Both the position numbers and the translations under genes were made by a program. A stretch of DNA of 7,240 nucleotides from Paraspadella gotoi (Eukaryota; Animalia; Chaetognatha), in contig JBJCIZ010001211.1 of the NCBI GenBank assembly GCA_051294375.1, positions 1 to 7,240 of the forward strand. The letters are read 5' to 3'. The notes below the pieces were generated by a model. That model was not told where the DNA came from. It made no database searches and saw nothing but the letters and a program-made list of their open reading frames with translations. This document shows, in pieces, positions 7,214 through 7,240 of this stretch (positions within the stretch are counted from its first letter, which is position 1; the number at the start of each line of letters is the position of its first letter).

Positions 7214-7240
7214 CAATTCTCGACCCGCGCAGCTGGTGAT

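Overview
AT-rich, microsatellite-dense eukaryotic genomic DNA that is mostly non-coding. CpG is abundant, which fits an invertebrate or similar lineage, but the organism cannot be identified. None of the supplied ORFs is a credible protein: most are translations of (CT)n/(GA)n/(GAC)n or T/A-rich tracts, and the rest show no recognisable domain. The supportable content is (i) a probable spliced gene fragment on + at the window start (exon end 1-28, GT-AG intron 29-319, exon from 320); (ii) a short Helentron/HINE (DINE-1-like) non-autonomous element end at ~1170-1315 with a 30-bp palindrome; (iii) a ~430-bp degenerate TTTAAGGG telomere-like minisatellite; (iv) a GC/CpG-rich island at ~4880-5320 with a (GAC)n tract, a palindromic RFX X-box and strong splice signals; and (v) many GA/CT microsatellites and several small duplications. 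Irregular indels in the repeats suggest uncorrected long-read errors, so reading frames are uncertain. No rRNA, tRNA, CRISPR array or autonomous transposon was seen, and I cannot support a new biological system from this sequence alone. The findings are hypotheses.
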